NCBI GenBank assembly: GCA_035602465.1
Contig: DATNMQ010000149.1
Span: 16,534 to 80,533, forward strand
Reading direction: 5' to 3'
DNA length: 64,000 nt
Origin: Candidatus Sulfotelmatobacter sp.
Lineage (GTDB): Bacteria; Chloroflexota; Dormibacteria; Dormibacterales; Dormibacteraceae
The first letter of the stretch is position 1; the number at the start of each line of letters is the position of its first letter. The notes beneath the pieces are model-generated. The model saw nothing but the letters and a program-made list of their open reading frames with translations. It ran no database searches and had not been told where the DNA came from. A program made the translations under genes and the position numbers. This document shows positions 17,405 to 26,585 of this stretch, in pieces.

Positions 17405-18612
17405 TCGTCCAGAAGTTCGGCGGCACCTCGGTGGGCTCCGCCGCGCGCATCCGGCGAGTCAGCCAACGCATCGCCAACACCCTCAAGCAAGGACATCAGG
17501 TGGTCGCGGTCGTCTCGGCCATGGGTCACACGACGGACCGCCTGATCGCGCTCGCCCAAAGCATCAACCCGGAACCTCCGGCGCGCGAGCTCGACATGCT
17601 GATCGCCAACGGCGAGACCATCACGGCGCCGCTCGTGGCGATGTGCCTGCAGGGCATGGGGGTGCCGGCCATCTCTCTGTCCGGCGCGCAGGCCGGAGTG
17701 CGGACGAGCGGGCCGCACTCGCGTGCGCGAATCCACGACATCAAGCCCGATCGCATCCTGGAAGTCTTGAGCCGCAATCAGGTGCCTGTCGTCGCGGGCT
17801 TCCAGGGCGTGACCGAAGAGCTCGAGATCACGACGCTTGGGCGCGGGGGCTCGGACACAACCGCAGTCGCGCTGGCCGCAGCTCTGCGCGCCGATTCGTG
17901 CGAGATCTACACCGACGTGGACGGAATCTTCACCGCCGACCCGCGGGTCGTGAAGTCGGCGCGCAAGCTGAGCCACATCCAGTACGACGAGATGCTCGAG
18001 CTGGCCGCCGCCGGCGCTCGCGTGATGCATCCGCGCGCCGTCGAGATCGGTGAGCTGTACAGCGTGCCGATTCATGTTCGGTCGAGCTTCCGCGACCGCG
18101 TCGGTACGATGATCGTCGCTCAGGTACCGATGGAAGACCGCCAACGCGTGCGCGGGATCGCGCAAGAAAGCAACGTCGCGAAGATCACCGTCGTCGGCGT
18201 CCGCGACAGGCCCGGCGTAGCCGCAGCGATCTTCGAACCACTCGGCGCGGCCGGGATATCGGTCGACGTCATCGTGCAGAACATCGGGCGCTCAGGCCGC
18301 ACCGACCTCACTTTCTCGGTCGCGGAGTCCGACCTGAAGGCCGCCGAGAAGCTCGTCAAGGTTGCGGCCAAGGACGTGGGCGCTCAGCGGGTCGTGTCAG
18401 CAGGAGGCATCGCCAAGCTCTCCATCGTCGGCACAGGCATGCTCGGCATGCCGGGCATCGCCGGGCACATGTTCCGAGCCCTGGCCGATGCGGGGATCAA
18501 CATCGAGATGATCAGCACCTCGGAGATCCGCATCACCTGCCTCGTCTCGCGCGACCAGGTCGACCGAGGTGTGCGCATCCTGCACAAGGCCTTCCAGCTG
18601 GACCGGGACTAA
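17401..18612 (+). CDS. lysC: aspartate kinase
   Basis: IVQKFGGTSVG...VVSAMGHTTD is followed by two C-terminal ACT domains. The start forms a GTGA overlap with thrB. Confidence 0.9.
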   Translation: MIVQKFGGTSVGSAARIRRVSQRIANTLKQGHQVVAVVSAMGHTTDRLIALAQSINPEPPARELDMLIANGETITAPLVAMCLQGMGVPAISLSGAQAGVRTSGPHSRARIHDIKPDRILEVLSRNQVPVVAGFQGVTEELEITTLGRGGSDTTAVALAAALRADSCEIYTDVDGIFTADPRVVKSARKLSHIQYDEMLELAAAGARVMHPRAVEIGELYSVPIHVRSSFRDRVGTMIVAQVPMEDRQRVRGIAQESNVAKITVVGVRDRPGVAAAIFEPLGAAGISVDVIVQNIGRSGRTDLTFSVAESDLKAAEKLVKVAAKDVGAQRVVSAGGIAKLSIVGTGMLGMPGIAGHMFRALADAGINIEMISTSEIRITCLVSRDQVDRGVRILHKAFQLDRD

Positions 18613-18617
18613 GACTA

Positions 18618-19631
18618 GTGCCCGTCAACGTTGCGATCGTCGGGCCGGCCGGGGCCGGCAAGACCACACTGTTCAATGCGCTGACCGCGGGTCGCGGCGC
18701 GGACGGGGTCGGGATGGTCGATGTTCCCGACGAGCGGCTGACCCGCCTCGCCGCCGCGGTGAAGCCGGCGAAGACGACGCCGGCCCAGGTCCGCGTCGAA
18801 GATTCGCCACCCGGAAGCCGCGCCCAGCGCGTGGCGTTTGCGCGGCAGGCGGACGTGCTGGTCAGGGTGGCGCGCTGCTTCGGGCCCGATCCCGACCCTG
18901 CCGCCGAGCTGGACGAGTTCGCCCTGGACCTGGTGCTAGCCGACCTTGCGTCGGTCGAGAAGCGGATCGAGGTCGTCGCCAGGGAGGCTCGCGCCGGCAA
19001 GAAGGACGCGGTCGCCGAGGCGGAGATCCTGGCCGCCGCAAAGGAACATCTCGACGCGGGCAAGGCGCTGCGCACGCTGACCCTGGAGGCGGACCAGGGC
19101 GCCGTCCTGCAGGGCATCTTCCCGGTGACGCTCAAACCGTACGTCTATGTCGCCAACGCGGCGGAGCAGCTGCTGCCGGGTGGGGGAGAGCCGGCGGCGA
19201 AGGTGGGGAAGCTGGCGGAGGCGGACGGGGCGCCGGTGATCGTTCTTTCCGCGCGCCTGGAGTCCGAGCTCGCCGAGCTGGAGCCGGCTGAACAGGCAGA
19301 GATGCGGGCCGGCTATGGCATCGACGAATCCGGTCTCGGCCGGATCGCCCGCGCCGTGTGGGAGGCTGGGGGTCTGATCACGTATTTCACTGCCGGGGAG
19401 CCTGAGGTCCGCGCGTGGCCGTGCGAGCGCGGCGCGCCGGCGCCCATCGCCGCGTCGAAGATCCACACCGATTTCGAGAAGCACTTCATCCGCGCGGAGG
19501 TCACCTCGGTCGATGAGCTCGTCGCGGCGGGGTCCATGGATGCGCTGCGCGCGGCGGGCAAGCTTCGCGTGGAAGGACGCGACTATCGCGTCCAGGACGG
19601 GGACGTCATCTTCTTCCGCATCGGCAGGTGA
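18618..19631 (+). CDS. ychF: YchF-like GTP/ATP-binding protein (divergent)
   Basis: P-loop GPAGAGKTTLFNALT and a C-terminal TGS-like end (...IHTDFEKHFIRAEV...GKLRVEGRDYRVQDGDVIFFR) are typical of YchF/OLA1. The G1 motif deviates from the usual GLPNVGKS. Confidence 0.7.
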   Translation: MPVNVAIVGPAGAGKTTLFNALTAGRGADGVGMVDVPDERLTRLAAAVKPAKTTPAQVRVEDSPPGSRAQRVAFARQADVLVRVARCFGPDPDPAAELDEFALDLVLADLASVEKRIEVVAREARAGKKDAVAEAEILAAAKEHLDAGKALRTLTLEADQGAVLQGIFPVTLKPYVYVANAAEQLLPGGGEPAAKVGKLAEADGAPVIVLSARLESELAELEPAEQAEMRAGYGIDESGLGRIARAVWEAGGLITYFTAGEPEVRAWPCERGAPAPIAASKIHTDFEKHFIRAEVTSVDELVAAGSMDALRAAGKLRVEGRDYRVQDGDVIFFRIGR

Positions 19632-19638
19632 GGTCCGC

Positions 19639-20046
19639 CTAGGAGATTCCGTAGGCCTGCCGCGTCGGACGCCGCAAGAGAAACACCAGGAGCGGGATGC
19701 CGACGATGATGAGGGACCAGCCCCCGGCCACGACCACAGCCGCGATCCAGCCCCACGCGCGCATCCTGCGCAAACCGTAGTAGGCAGTCGCATGGGCGGC
19801 GACCAATGTCGCAAAGATGAGCAGGAAGAACGCGGCGTAGACCACGAGGATCGTGACGAAGTCGTGCGTGATGCCGCCCTTGATGAGCGTCTGCTGGAAC
19901 TGTTCGCGTGCCACCGGCGCGGCGAGCCAGGCGGCGAACTGCGTCATCTCGATCAGCCAGAAGACCGCCCCAGCGCCGAACAGGTAGGGGAGCCAGCGCA
20001 GCCGCGGATTCGTCGCGGGCGGTGAAGGGGGCGGGGTGTTTCTCAC
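19639..20046 (-). CDS. hypothetical membrane protein (about 4 TM helices)
   Basis: 135-aa ORF with G/C-rich third positions and hydrophobic helices. No family recognised. Confidence 0.5.
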   Translation of the reverse strand: MRNTPPPSPPATNPRLRWLPYLFGAGAVFWLIEMTQFAAWLAAPVAREQFQQTLIKGGITHDFVTILVVYAAFFLLIFATLVAAHATAYYGLRRMRAWGWIAAVVVAGGWSLIIVGIPLLVFLLRRPTRQAYGIS

Positions 20047-20067
20047 GACGCCTTTTCAAGAAAACCC

Positions 20068-20096
20068 TTGACAATCACTACATTCGGGGTTATAAC
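20068..20096 (+). promoter_or_regulatory. near-consensus sigma-70 promoter (TTGACA, 17 nt spacer, TATAAC)
   Basis: TTGACA lies at 20068-20073, followed by a 17-nt spacer and TATAAC at 20091-20096. An A/T-rich stretch (CCTTTTCAAGAAAACCC) lies just upstream. This is conspicuous in a high-GC background. Confidence 0.5.
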
Positions 20097-20268
20097 TTCG
20101 CCCGGGACACAACATATCGTACTCAACGTCCAAGCAGGTTGAGTCCCACGGCCCAACGACAGGCAGGCGGATTCCTTCCCCAGTCGCACCCCACGACGCA
20201 GAACACGCTTCCCCTGCCGCCTGCCTGTCCAGATGCTCCTCATTTCTCGTCCTTAGACTTGCAGATCT

Positions 20269-20643
20269 ATGAGTCGCAAGGGCAAGAAGCGAGGCAAGGG
20301 CGCCAAGTACCGCCAGCCGATGAGGCCGCCCGGGCCCCTGACCCCGGTGTCCACGTCGACGAGTGGTGGCGTCACCGCCACGGCCGGCACTCGCACCCCG
20401 CAGCAGGTTCGCGTCGGTGGCGACCAGGCGCTCGTGCGGGCGGTCGAGATGTCGCTCGGCGCGCGCAACCAGGTCGTGAAAGGGCGCGGCGGCCGCTACA
20501 TCGTGGACTCGGGCGACCCGTCGATCCCCCTCGACCGCGTCCCGTACTTCACCAAGGACCTCGTCCGGCTCCTGGTGGTCGGCGCGGCCATGATCGTCCT
20601 GCTCGCGGTGGGCTCCGTCACCGTCCCGCTGATCGTCAAGTAA
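20269..20643 (+). CDS. hypothetical protein with a basic N-terminus and a single C-terminal TM helix (tail-anchor-like)
   Basis: MSRKGKKRGKGAKYRQP... ends in ...LVRLLVVGAAMIVLLAVGSVTVPLIVK*. GC3 is strong and no SD is visible. Confidence 0.5.
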   Translation: MSRKGKKRGKGAKYRQPMRPPGPLTPVSTSTSGGVTATAGTRTPQQVRVGGDQALVRAVEMSLGARNQVVKGRGGRYIVDSGDPSIPLDRVPYFTKDLVRLLVVGAAMIVLLAVGSVTVPLIVK

Positions 20644-20682
20644 TAGACACGGCCGGGGCCAAACCCTAGAGTTCGCCTCGTC

Positions 20683-21252
20683 ATGTCAGTACGAACCAGC
20701 GACACCGGACTGAACGCGCTCAAAGAGAGGCTGAGCCGCCACAAGCTGAGCGTCGACGAGCCCCGCCACCCCGTCAACGTCATGCATCACGAAGAGGCGA
20801 CCTTCGGCGAGCGGATCGCCGACAAAGCGGCCGCCGGCATCGGGTCGTGGCGCTTCCTCATCATTCAGACCGTCGCGGTCATCGCGTGGCTGCTTTTGAA
20901 CATCATCGGCCTTGTGAAGCACTGGGACCCATTTCCGTTCATCCTCTTGAACCTCCTGTTCAGCGTCCAGGCCGCCTACACCGGCCCGGTGCTGCTGCTC
21001 GCGGGAAACCGGCAGGCGCAGAAGGACCGGCTTACGCTGGAGCACGCCGCGCAGGAGGCCGACAAGGCCGACGTGCAGAACGTCGAGATCCTCAAAGCGA
21101 TCCTCAAGGACACCGAGATGACAGAAAGGAACACGGAGTTGACCCTACAGATCCTCCAACACCTACAGGGCCAGCTCGCCGAGCACCTCGGGGCCGACGC
21201 CGCCGCGGGCATGAGCTCGAGCGCGGCGCAGGAGCCGACAGACCGCACGTAA
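20683..21252 (+). CDS. DUF1003 domain-containing membrane protein
   Basis: FGERIADKAAAGIGSWRFLIIQT...WDPFPFILLNLLFSVQAAYTGPVLLLAGNRQAQKDR matches the DUF1003 signature. Confidence 0.75.
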   Translation: MSVRTSDTGLNALKERLSRHKLSVDEPRHPVNVMHHEEATFGERIADKAAAGIGSWRFLIIQTVAVIAWLLLNIIGLVKHWDPFPFILLNLLFSVQAAYTGPVLLLAGNRQAQKDRLTLEHAAQEADKADVQNVEILKAILKDTEMTERNTELTLQILQHLQGQLAEHLGADAAAGMSSSAAQEPTDRT

Positions 21253-21261
21253 GATCTCGGC

Positions 21262-22464
21262 GTGAGGGTCGTCCTTTTCACCGGAAAGGGTGGGGTCGGT
21301 AAAACGTCCGTTGCCGCCGCGAGCGCCGTGCGGTGCGCCGCCGCCGGCCAGCGCACCCTCGTCATGAGCACCGATCCTGCGCATTCCCTCGGCGACTCGT
21401 TCGACATGGAGCTCGGCAACGAGGCGACAAAGGTCGGGGACAATCTCTGGGCGCACGAGGTCTCGTCGCTGCACGAGATGCAGCGGCACTGGGCGAAGCT
21501 TCACGAGTACGCGGTCGAGGTGTTCTCGACACAGGGCCTCGACGAGGTCCTGGCCGACGAGGTGGCGAATCCTCCGGGCATGGACGAGGTCGCGTCCCTG
21601 ATGTGGATCAAGCACTACGCCCAACGCGATCAGCACGACGTGTTGATCGTCGACTGCGCGCCCACCGGCGAGACTCTCCAGCTCCTCACCTTCCCTGACG
21701 CGGCGAAGTGGTGGCTGGACAAGATCTATCCCTGGTCGCGCAGGGCCATGCGCGTGGCGAGGCCTGTGCTTCAGCCGATGATGCACATGCCGTTGCCCTC
21801 GGACGAGGTCTACGCGTCGCTCAAGGACCTGCTGATGGATCTCGATGGCATGCGCAAGGTCCTCACCGATCCCGAGACGACGACCGTGCGCATCGTGCTC
21901 AACCTCGAGAAGATGGTTATCAAAGAAGCCAAGCGTGCGTACACGTACCTGAGCCTCTTTGGCTACGTGACCGACGCGATCATCGTCAACCGGCTTCTGC
22001 CGGGCGAGCTGCGTGACGAGCTCTTCCAGAAATGGCAGCGCATCCACGAGCGGTACCGGGCGGAGGTCGAGGAATCGTTCGCGGGGATCCCGATCCTGAA
22101 CGTGCCGCTGTTCGACCAGGAGGTCGTGGGACAGGAGATGCTGTCACGTATGGCCGCCGCGATCTATGGCGAGCGCAACCCGGCGGACCGCTTTGCCACG
22201 TCCAACCCGCAGCGGATCGACAAGGACGGTGCGGAATACGTCCTGACGCTCAAAGTCCCGTTCGTGGATCGCTCGGACATCGACCTGAGCCGGCACAATG
22301 GCGAGCTGTTCGTCACGGTGGGCAACTACCGGCGTGAGATCGCGCTGCCGCGCGTCCTGGCGAGGCGCGACACGGCGGGCGCGTCGATCCAGGACGGCGA
22401 GCTGCGCGTGCGTTTCGCCCGCCGCCCGGAGACAGTCAAGCCCGAGGTGGTGAAAGAATCGTGA
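21262..22464 (+). CDS. ArsA/GET3-family ATPase with a C-terminal HSP20-like domain
   Basis: Deviant Walker A (FTGKGGVGKTSVAAA) and STDPAHSLGDSF are present. The C-terminal YVLTLKVPFVDRSDIDLSRHNGELFVTVGNYRREIALP...DGELRVRF resembles an alpha-crystallin fold. Confidence 0.85.
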   Translation: MRVVLFTGKGGVGKTSVAAASAVRCAAAGQRTLVMSTDPAHSLGDSFDMELGNEATKVGDNLWAHEVSSLHEMQRHWAKLHEYAVEVFSTQGLDEVLADEVANPPGMDEVASLMWIKHYAQRDQHDVLIVDCAPTGETLQLLTFPDAAKWWLDKIYPWSRRAMRVARPVLQPMMHMPLPSDEVYASLKDLLMDLDGMRKVLTDPETTTVRIVLNLEKMVIKEAKRAYTYLSLFGYVTDAIIVNRLLPGELRDELFQKWQRIHERYRAEVEESFAGIPILNVPLFDQEVVGQEMLSRMAAAIYGERNPADRFATSNPQRIDKDGAEYVLTLKVPFVDRSDIDLSRHNGELFVTVGNYRREIALPRVLARRDTAGASIQDGELRVRFARRPETVKPEVVKES

Positions 22465-22709
22465 GCGGCGACCGGGAGCGGGTCATCGAGCTGGTCAACG
22501 AGCTCGGCTCGCGTGTGAGCCACGTCCTTTCCGACATGGTGCCGCCTTCGGCGCAGGTGCACCTGATCAACGCGCAGCGCGAGCTGATCACCGCGCTGAT
22601 GCTGATCTACGAGAACCGCGTCGCACCGGGACCGACCACGTCACGCGTCAAGCGTGCCGGCGCGAAGCGGCGAACGACGAAACGCGACCGCAAGATCCCG
22701 ATCGATTGA
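22461..22709 (+). CDS. hypothetical small protein, translationally coupled to the ArsA-like gene
   Basis: 82-aa ORF with a GTGA overlap at the ArsA-like stop. It has a helical N-terminus and a basic tail. No family recognised. Confidence 0.45.
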   Translation: MSGDRERVIELVNELGSRVSHVLSDMVPPSAQVHLINAQRELITALMLIYENRVAPGPTTSRVKRAGAKRRTTKRDRKIPID

Positions 22710-22722
22710 GAATCCCTCCAAG

Positions 22723-23433
22723 ATGAGCACCCTGCTCCTCTTCATCCTTGGGGTGCTCGCGCTGGTCCCAGCACTCTTCATTGCGATTCCAGTGCATGAG
22801 ATGGGACACGCCGCCGCCGCGTACCTGCTCGGCGATCGGTCCGTGCGGTACTTCGGATACTTCTCGCCCGACCCGCGGCGCTATATCGATCCGCTCGGCG
22901 CGCTCGCCGTCTTCCTCGTCCTGGTCGGTTGGGGGAGGAAGGTCTCTGTGCAGTCGGGCCGGATCAACACGACGCGGCAAAAGGTCCTGTTCGAGCTCGG
23001 CGGACCGGCTGCCAACCTGCTCGTGGCGATCGGCTTCGGCCTGCTCCTGCGCGCGATGGGGAGGTTCGGCCTGTTTCCGGGCTTCGAGCTCGGGCCCGGG
23101 TTCCTGTGGGCTTGCATCTATGCGATCTGGTTCCTGAACCTCTCGATCTTCGCCTTCCAGCTTCTTCCGATCCCGGGCCTTGACGGGTGGGGCATCATCG
23201 AGGCGATCTTCCAGAGGCGCAATCCGCGTTTCTTCTTCGACGTCCACGTGAGGCGGCGCGAGGTCTGGGCCGGCTGCTTCATCGTTCTCTTCGTCTTCAG
23301 CTTCCTGCAGCGCGTGAACCTGCTCGACTACGTGATGACTCCTTTCTACCAGCCGGCGAGCCTAATCTCATTAGGGCAATGCAGCGGCTACGGAATACCA
23401 GGACTGCTCGGCCTGAGTCCCTGCCTGCTGTAG
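22723..23433 (+). CDS. site-2 protease (M50) family membrane metalloprotease
   Basis: From the ATG at 22723 the sequence reads MSTLLLFILGVLALVPALFIAIPVHEMGHAAAAYLLGD (HExxH in a TM helix). A downstream LPIPGLDGW motif is present. Confidence 0.75.
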   Translation: MSTLLLFILGVLALVPALFIAIPVHEMGHAAAAYLLGDRSVRYFGYFSPDPRRYIDPLGALAVFLVLVGWGRKVSVQSGRINTTRQKVLFELGGPAANLLVAIGFGLLLRAMGRFGLFPGFELGPGFLWACIYAIWFLNLSIFAFQLLPIPGLDGWGIIEAIFQRRNPRFFFDVHVRRREVWAGCFIVLFVFSFLQRVNLLDYVMTPFYQPASLISLGQCSGYGIPGLLGLSPCLL

Positions 23434-24743
23434 GGACGCTGATCAACGAGCCCGCCTACGCCGGGCTCGCCGGCCAGTACGGGCGCGAGAGGGTGGTGGA
23501 GGCGATTCGTGATCAGCTCGCCGCCGAGCGAAAGGGCGGTGTGGAAGCCTCGGAACGCCTGGCTGCGGTCGCGTCGCGGCTGCGCGCGCTGGTGACGCCG
23601 AAGCTGCGTCGCCTGATCAATGCGACGGGCGTCGTGCTCCACACCAACCTCGGCCGCGCTCCGCTGTCCCAGGCGGCCATCGACGCGCTGGGGGTGGCCG
23701 CCGGCTACAGCAACCTCGAACTGGATCTCGAGAGCGGCCGCCGCGGGGAGCGGGCTGCGTTGGTGTCCGGCCATCTCACCGCGCTGTTCGGCGGCGAAGC
23801 GGCCCTGGTCGTCAACAACAACGCGTCGGCCATCCTGCTTGCGCTGACCGCGCTGTGCAAGGGCAAAGAGGTGGTGGTGTCGCGGGGCCAGCTCGTCGAG
23901 ATCGGCGGCTCCTTTCGTATGCCGGACGTGATGCGGCTCTCCGGCGCGCGGATGGTCGAGGTGGGGACGACGAACCGCACCCGCGCGGCCGATTACGAGG
24001 AGGCGATCACGCCGCGCACGGCGGCGCTGCTTCGCGTCCACACGTCGAACTTCAGGGTTACCGGATTCACGGAGGCGGCGCCGCTCAACGCGATGGCGGA
24101 GGTGGCGCGGCGCCACGGTGTGCTGCTGATCGACGACCTGGGCAGCGGCGCGACGGAGGCGATCGCCGACGAACCAACCGTCGCCGAATCGCTCCAGCAT
24201 AGTGACGTGGTCACCTTCTCGGGCGACAAGCTGCTGGGCGGTCCGCAGTCTGGCATCGTGCTCGGCCGCGGTGAGACCGGCGAGGCCGCGGTCAAGAAGA
24301 TGTCGCGCCACCCGCTCGCCCGCGCGGTGCGTATCGACAAGCTCACGCTCGCGGCGCTCGAGGCCACGCTCCGGCAGCGCCTCACCGGCCATGCGCCTGA
24401 CCTGCCGGTCGAGCGCATGCTCCACGTGAATGCCGGAGATCTGCGGCGGCGCGCCGCCATGTGGGTGGTCAAGCTTGCGGATCGCGGCGTCGATGCCACG
24501 CTGGTCGGGGGAGAGTCGGCGATAGGCGGGGGTTCAGTGCCGGGGCATGGTTTGCCGACTGTGCTCGTCGCGCTCAGAGGCCCCGCCTCTCGCTTGCTCA
24601 CCGCGCTGCGCCGCGGCGACCCTCCGGTGATCGCGCGCATAGAGAAGGACGCGTGCTGCATCGACCCGCGGACGGTCTTGAGAGGGGAGGACGAGACCCT
24701 GATCGACGCCGTGGAGGTGGCCGTCAAAGGCATCGCCAGGTGA
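23379..24743 (+). CDS. selA: L-seryl-tRNA(Sec) selenium transferase
   Basis: The N-terminus ...[11 protein letters not shown]... parallels the E. coli SelA LPAIDRLL. The conserved [17 protein letters not shown] and the PLP-lysine region [14 protein letters not shown] are present. The gene overlaps the M50 gene by 55 nt. Confidence 0.85.
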   Translation: MQRLRNTRTARPESLPAVGTLINEPAYAGLAGQYGRERVVEAIRDQLAAERKGGVEASERLAAVASRLRALVTPKLRRLINATGVVLHTNLGRAPLSQAAIDALGVAAGYSNLELDLESGRRGERAALVSGHLTALFGGEAALVVNNNASAILLALTALCKGKEVVVSRGQLVEIGGSFRMPDVMRLSGARMVEVGTTNRTRAADYEEAITPRTAALLRVHTSNFRVTGFTEAAPLNAMAEVARRHGVLLIDDLGSGATEAIADEPTVAESLQHSDVVTFSGDKLLGGPQSGIVLGRGETGEAAVKKMSRHPLARAVRIDKLTLAALEATLRQRLTGHAPDLPVERMLHVNAGDLRRRAAMWVVKLADRGVDATLVGGESAIGGGSVPGHGLPTVLVALRGPASRLLTALRRGDPPVIARIEKDACCIDPRTVLRGEDETLIDAVEVAVKGIAR

Positions 24744-26572
24744 GCTTCGTCGTCGGCACCGCCGGCCATATCGACCACGGGAAGTCGACGCTGATCACCG
24801 CGCTGACCGGCATCGACCCCGACCGGCTGGCGGAGGAGAAGCGGCGGGGGATGACGATCGACCTCGGCTTTGCCAACCTGACCCTGCCGAGCGGGCGCGA
24901 GATCGGAATCGTCGACGTGCCCGGCCACGCGCGGTTCATGCGCAACATGCTTGCCGGCGCGCACGGCCTCGACGCGGTGCTGCTTGTCGTGGCGGCCGAC
25001 GAAGGGGTCATGCCGCAGACCCGCGAGCACCTGGAGATCGTCGACCTCCTGGAGGTCCGGCGCGGCATCGTCGTGCTGACGAAGGTCGACCTCGTCGACC
25101 GCGAGTGGCTCGAGCTCGTCAAGGCCGACGTGCGCGAGGCCATCAAGGGAACCTCGATCGAAGGCGCGCCGATGATCGCGGTGTCCGCGGTGACCAACGA
25201 AGGCATGGCCGATCTTTTGACTGCCCTGGACGACCTACTCGGGCGGACAGACCCGCGGACCGACCTGGGCAGGCCCAGGCTGCCAATCGACCGCGTCTTC
25301 ACGATGACGGGGTTCGGCACCGTCGTGACCGGGACGCTGGTCGACGGATCGCTCAAGGTCGGCGACGAGATGGAGGTCGCGCCCGGCGGCCGCGTGGTGC
25401 GGATTCGCGGTCTCCAGCGGCACAACAAGGCGGCCGAGGAGGTCGGGCCCGGCAGCCGCGTCGCGGCAAACCTGAGCGGAGTCGACAAAAGCGACATCGC
25501 GCGCGGCGACGTCCTCGCGCGGCCGCAGGCCGTGCAGCCGGTGCGCAGGATCGATGCCCGCCTCCGGGTGCTTGGCTCCGCAGCACCCCTGCGGCACGGC
25601 GCGGAGGTGCTTCTGCATACGGGCACGGCCGAGGTTGGGGGCCGCGTCATCGTCCTCGACGGAGATGCATTGGCTCCGGGCGCAGAGGGTTGGGTCCAGC
25701 TCTATCTCGAGCGACCGGTCGCGGCGGCGGAAGGAGATCGCTTCGTGTTGCGGGTGCCCAGCCCCGCGACGACCGTCGCCGGTGGGACGTTCGTCGACGT
25801 CAATCCGCGCAAGCACCCGCGACACGACTCGGCGGTGCGCGAGTCACTGGTCCGTCGCGCGGCGGGAAATGTGCTGGATGAAGAGCTGCGCAAATATCCG
25901 CGCGGCGTCACCGTGACGGCTCTGCTCAAAGCAACGGTGGGCCCCGAGTCCGATGTCGGCCGCCTGAACGCGCGCCGATTCGGGGATTGGATCTACAGCG
26001 TCGACGCGTGGGGAGCGATCGCGAGCCGCGCAACCGACGAGCTGCAGTCCTATCACGGCGCCTATCCGCTTCGCTCAGGGATGGCCCGCGAGGAGTTGCG
26101 GAGCCGCCTCGGTGTGCCTGCCGCGTCGTTCGGCGCCGTGGTGCAAGGGCTCGTCGAGGACGGCCTGGCGGTCGAGCGCAACGGTTGGCTTGCCGCGCCA
26201 GGGCACGAGGTGGCCCTCGAAACGGATGCCGGACCCGCCCCGGCGCTGCTGGAGGTGCTCGGCCGTCAGCCGTTTGCGCCGCCGTCGCTGCCGGAGGCGA
26301 TGCAGGAGACCGGCGCGACTGCCGAGATCGTGCGCGCCCTGGCGCAGCGCGGGGACATCGTGCGGGTGAGCGATGACATCGCGTTCACCAAGGACGCGTA
26401 CGAGTCGGCGGTGTCGCTGGTGAGGGAGATCGTCGCCTCCTCCGGCTCCGTCACCGTGGCCCAGCTGCGCGACAGGATGGGCGCAAGCCGCCGCCCGGTG
26501 CTGGCATTGCTCGAATACCTCGACGCGCAGCGGGTCACCCGCCGGGTAGGGGACTCCCGCCTCCTGAGGTAA
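24740..26572 (+). CDS. selB: selenocysteine-specific elongation factor
   Basis: The GTG at 24740 forms a GTGA overlap with selA. GTPase motifs are [18 protein letters not shown] and TKVD. A long C-terminal winged-helix extension is typical of SelB. Confidence 0.85.
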   Translation: MSFVVGTAGHIDHGKSTLITALTGIDPDRLAEEKRRGMTIDLGFANLTLPSGREIGIVDVPGHARFMRNMLAGAHGLDAVLLVVAADEGVMPQTREHLEIVDLLEVRRGIVVLTKVDLVDREWLELVKADVREAIKGTSIEGAPMIAVSAVTNEGMADLLTALDDLLGRTDPRTDLGRPRLPIDRVFTMTGFGTVVTGTLVDGSLKVGDEMEVAPGGRVVRIRGLQRHNKAAEEVGPGSRVAANLSGVDKSDIARGDVLARPQAVQPVRRIDARLRVLGSAAPLRHGAEVLLHTGTAEVGGRVIVLDGDALAPGAEGWVQLYLERPVAAAEGDRFVLRVPSPATTVAGGTFVDVNPRKHPRHDSAVRESLVRRAAGNVLDEELRKYPRGVTVTALLKATVGPESDVGRLNARRFGDWIYSVDAWGAIASRATDELQSYHGAYPLRSGMAREELRSRLGVPAASFGAVVQGLVEDGLAVERNGWLAAPGHEVALETDAGPAPALLEVLGRQPFAPPSLPEAMQETGATAEIVRALAQRGDIVRVSDDIAFTKDAYESAVSLVREIVASSGSVTVAQLRDRMGASRRPVLALLEYLDAQRVTRRVGDSRLLR

Positions 26573-26585
26573 AGTTCGCGCCACC

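Noticed and set aside
20103-20268. 6S RNA, SRP RNA or another housekeeping ncRNA downstream of the consensus promoter
   Set aside because: There is no 5'/3' end complementarity for a 6S-like closing stem, and no SRP GGAA/AGCA domain-IV motif. The segment runs directly into a coding-like ORF. It is kept as a structured leader instead.
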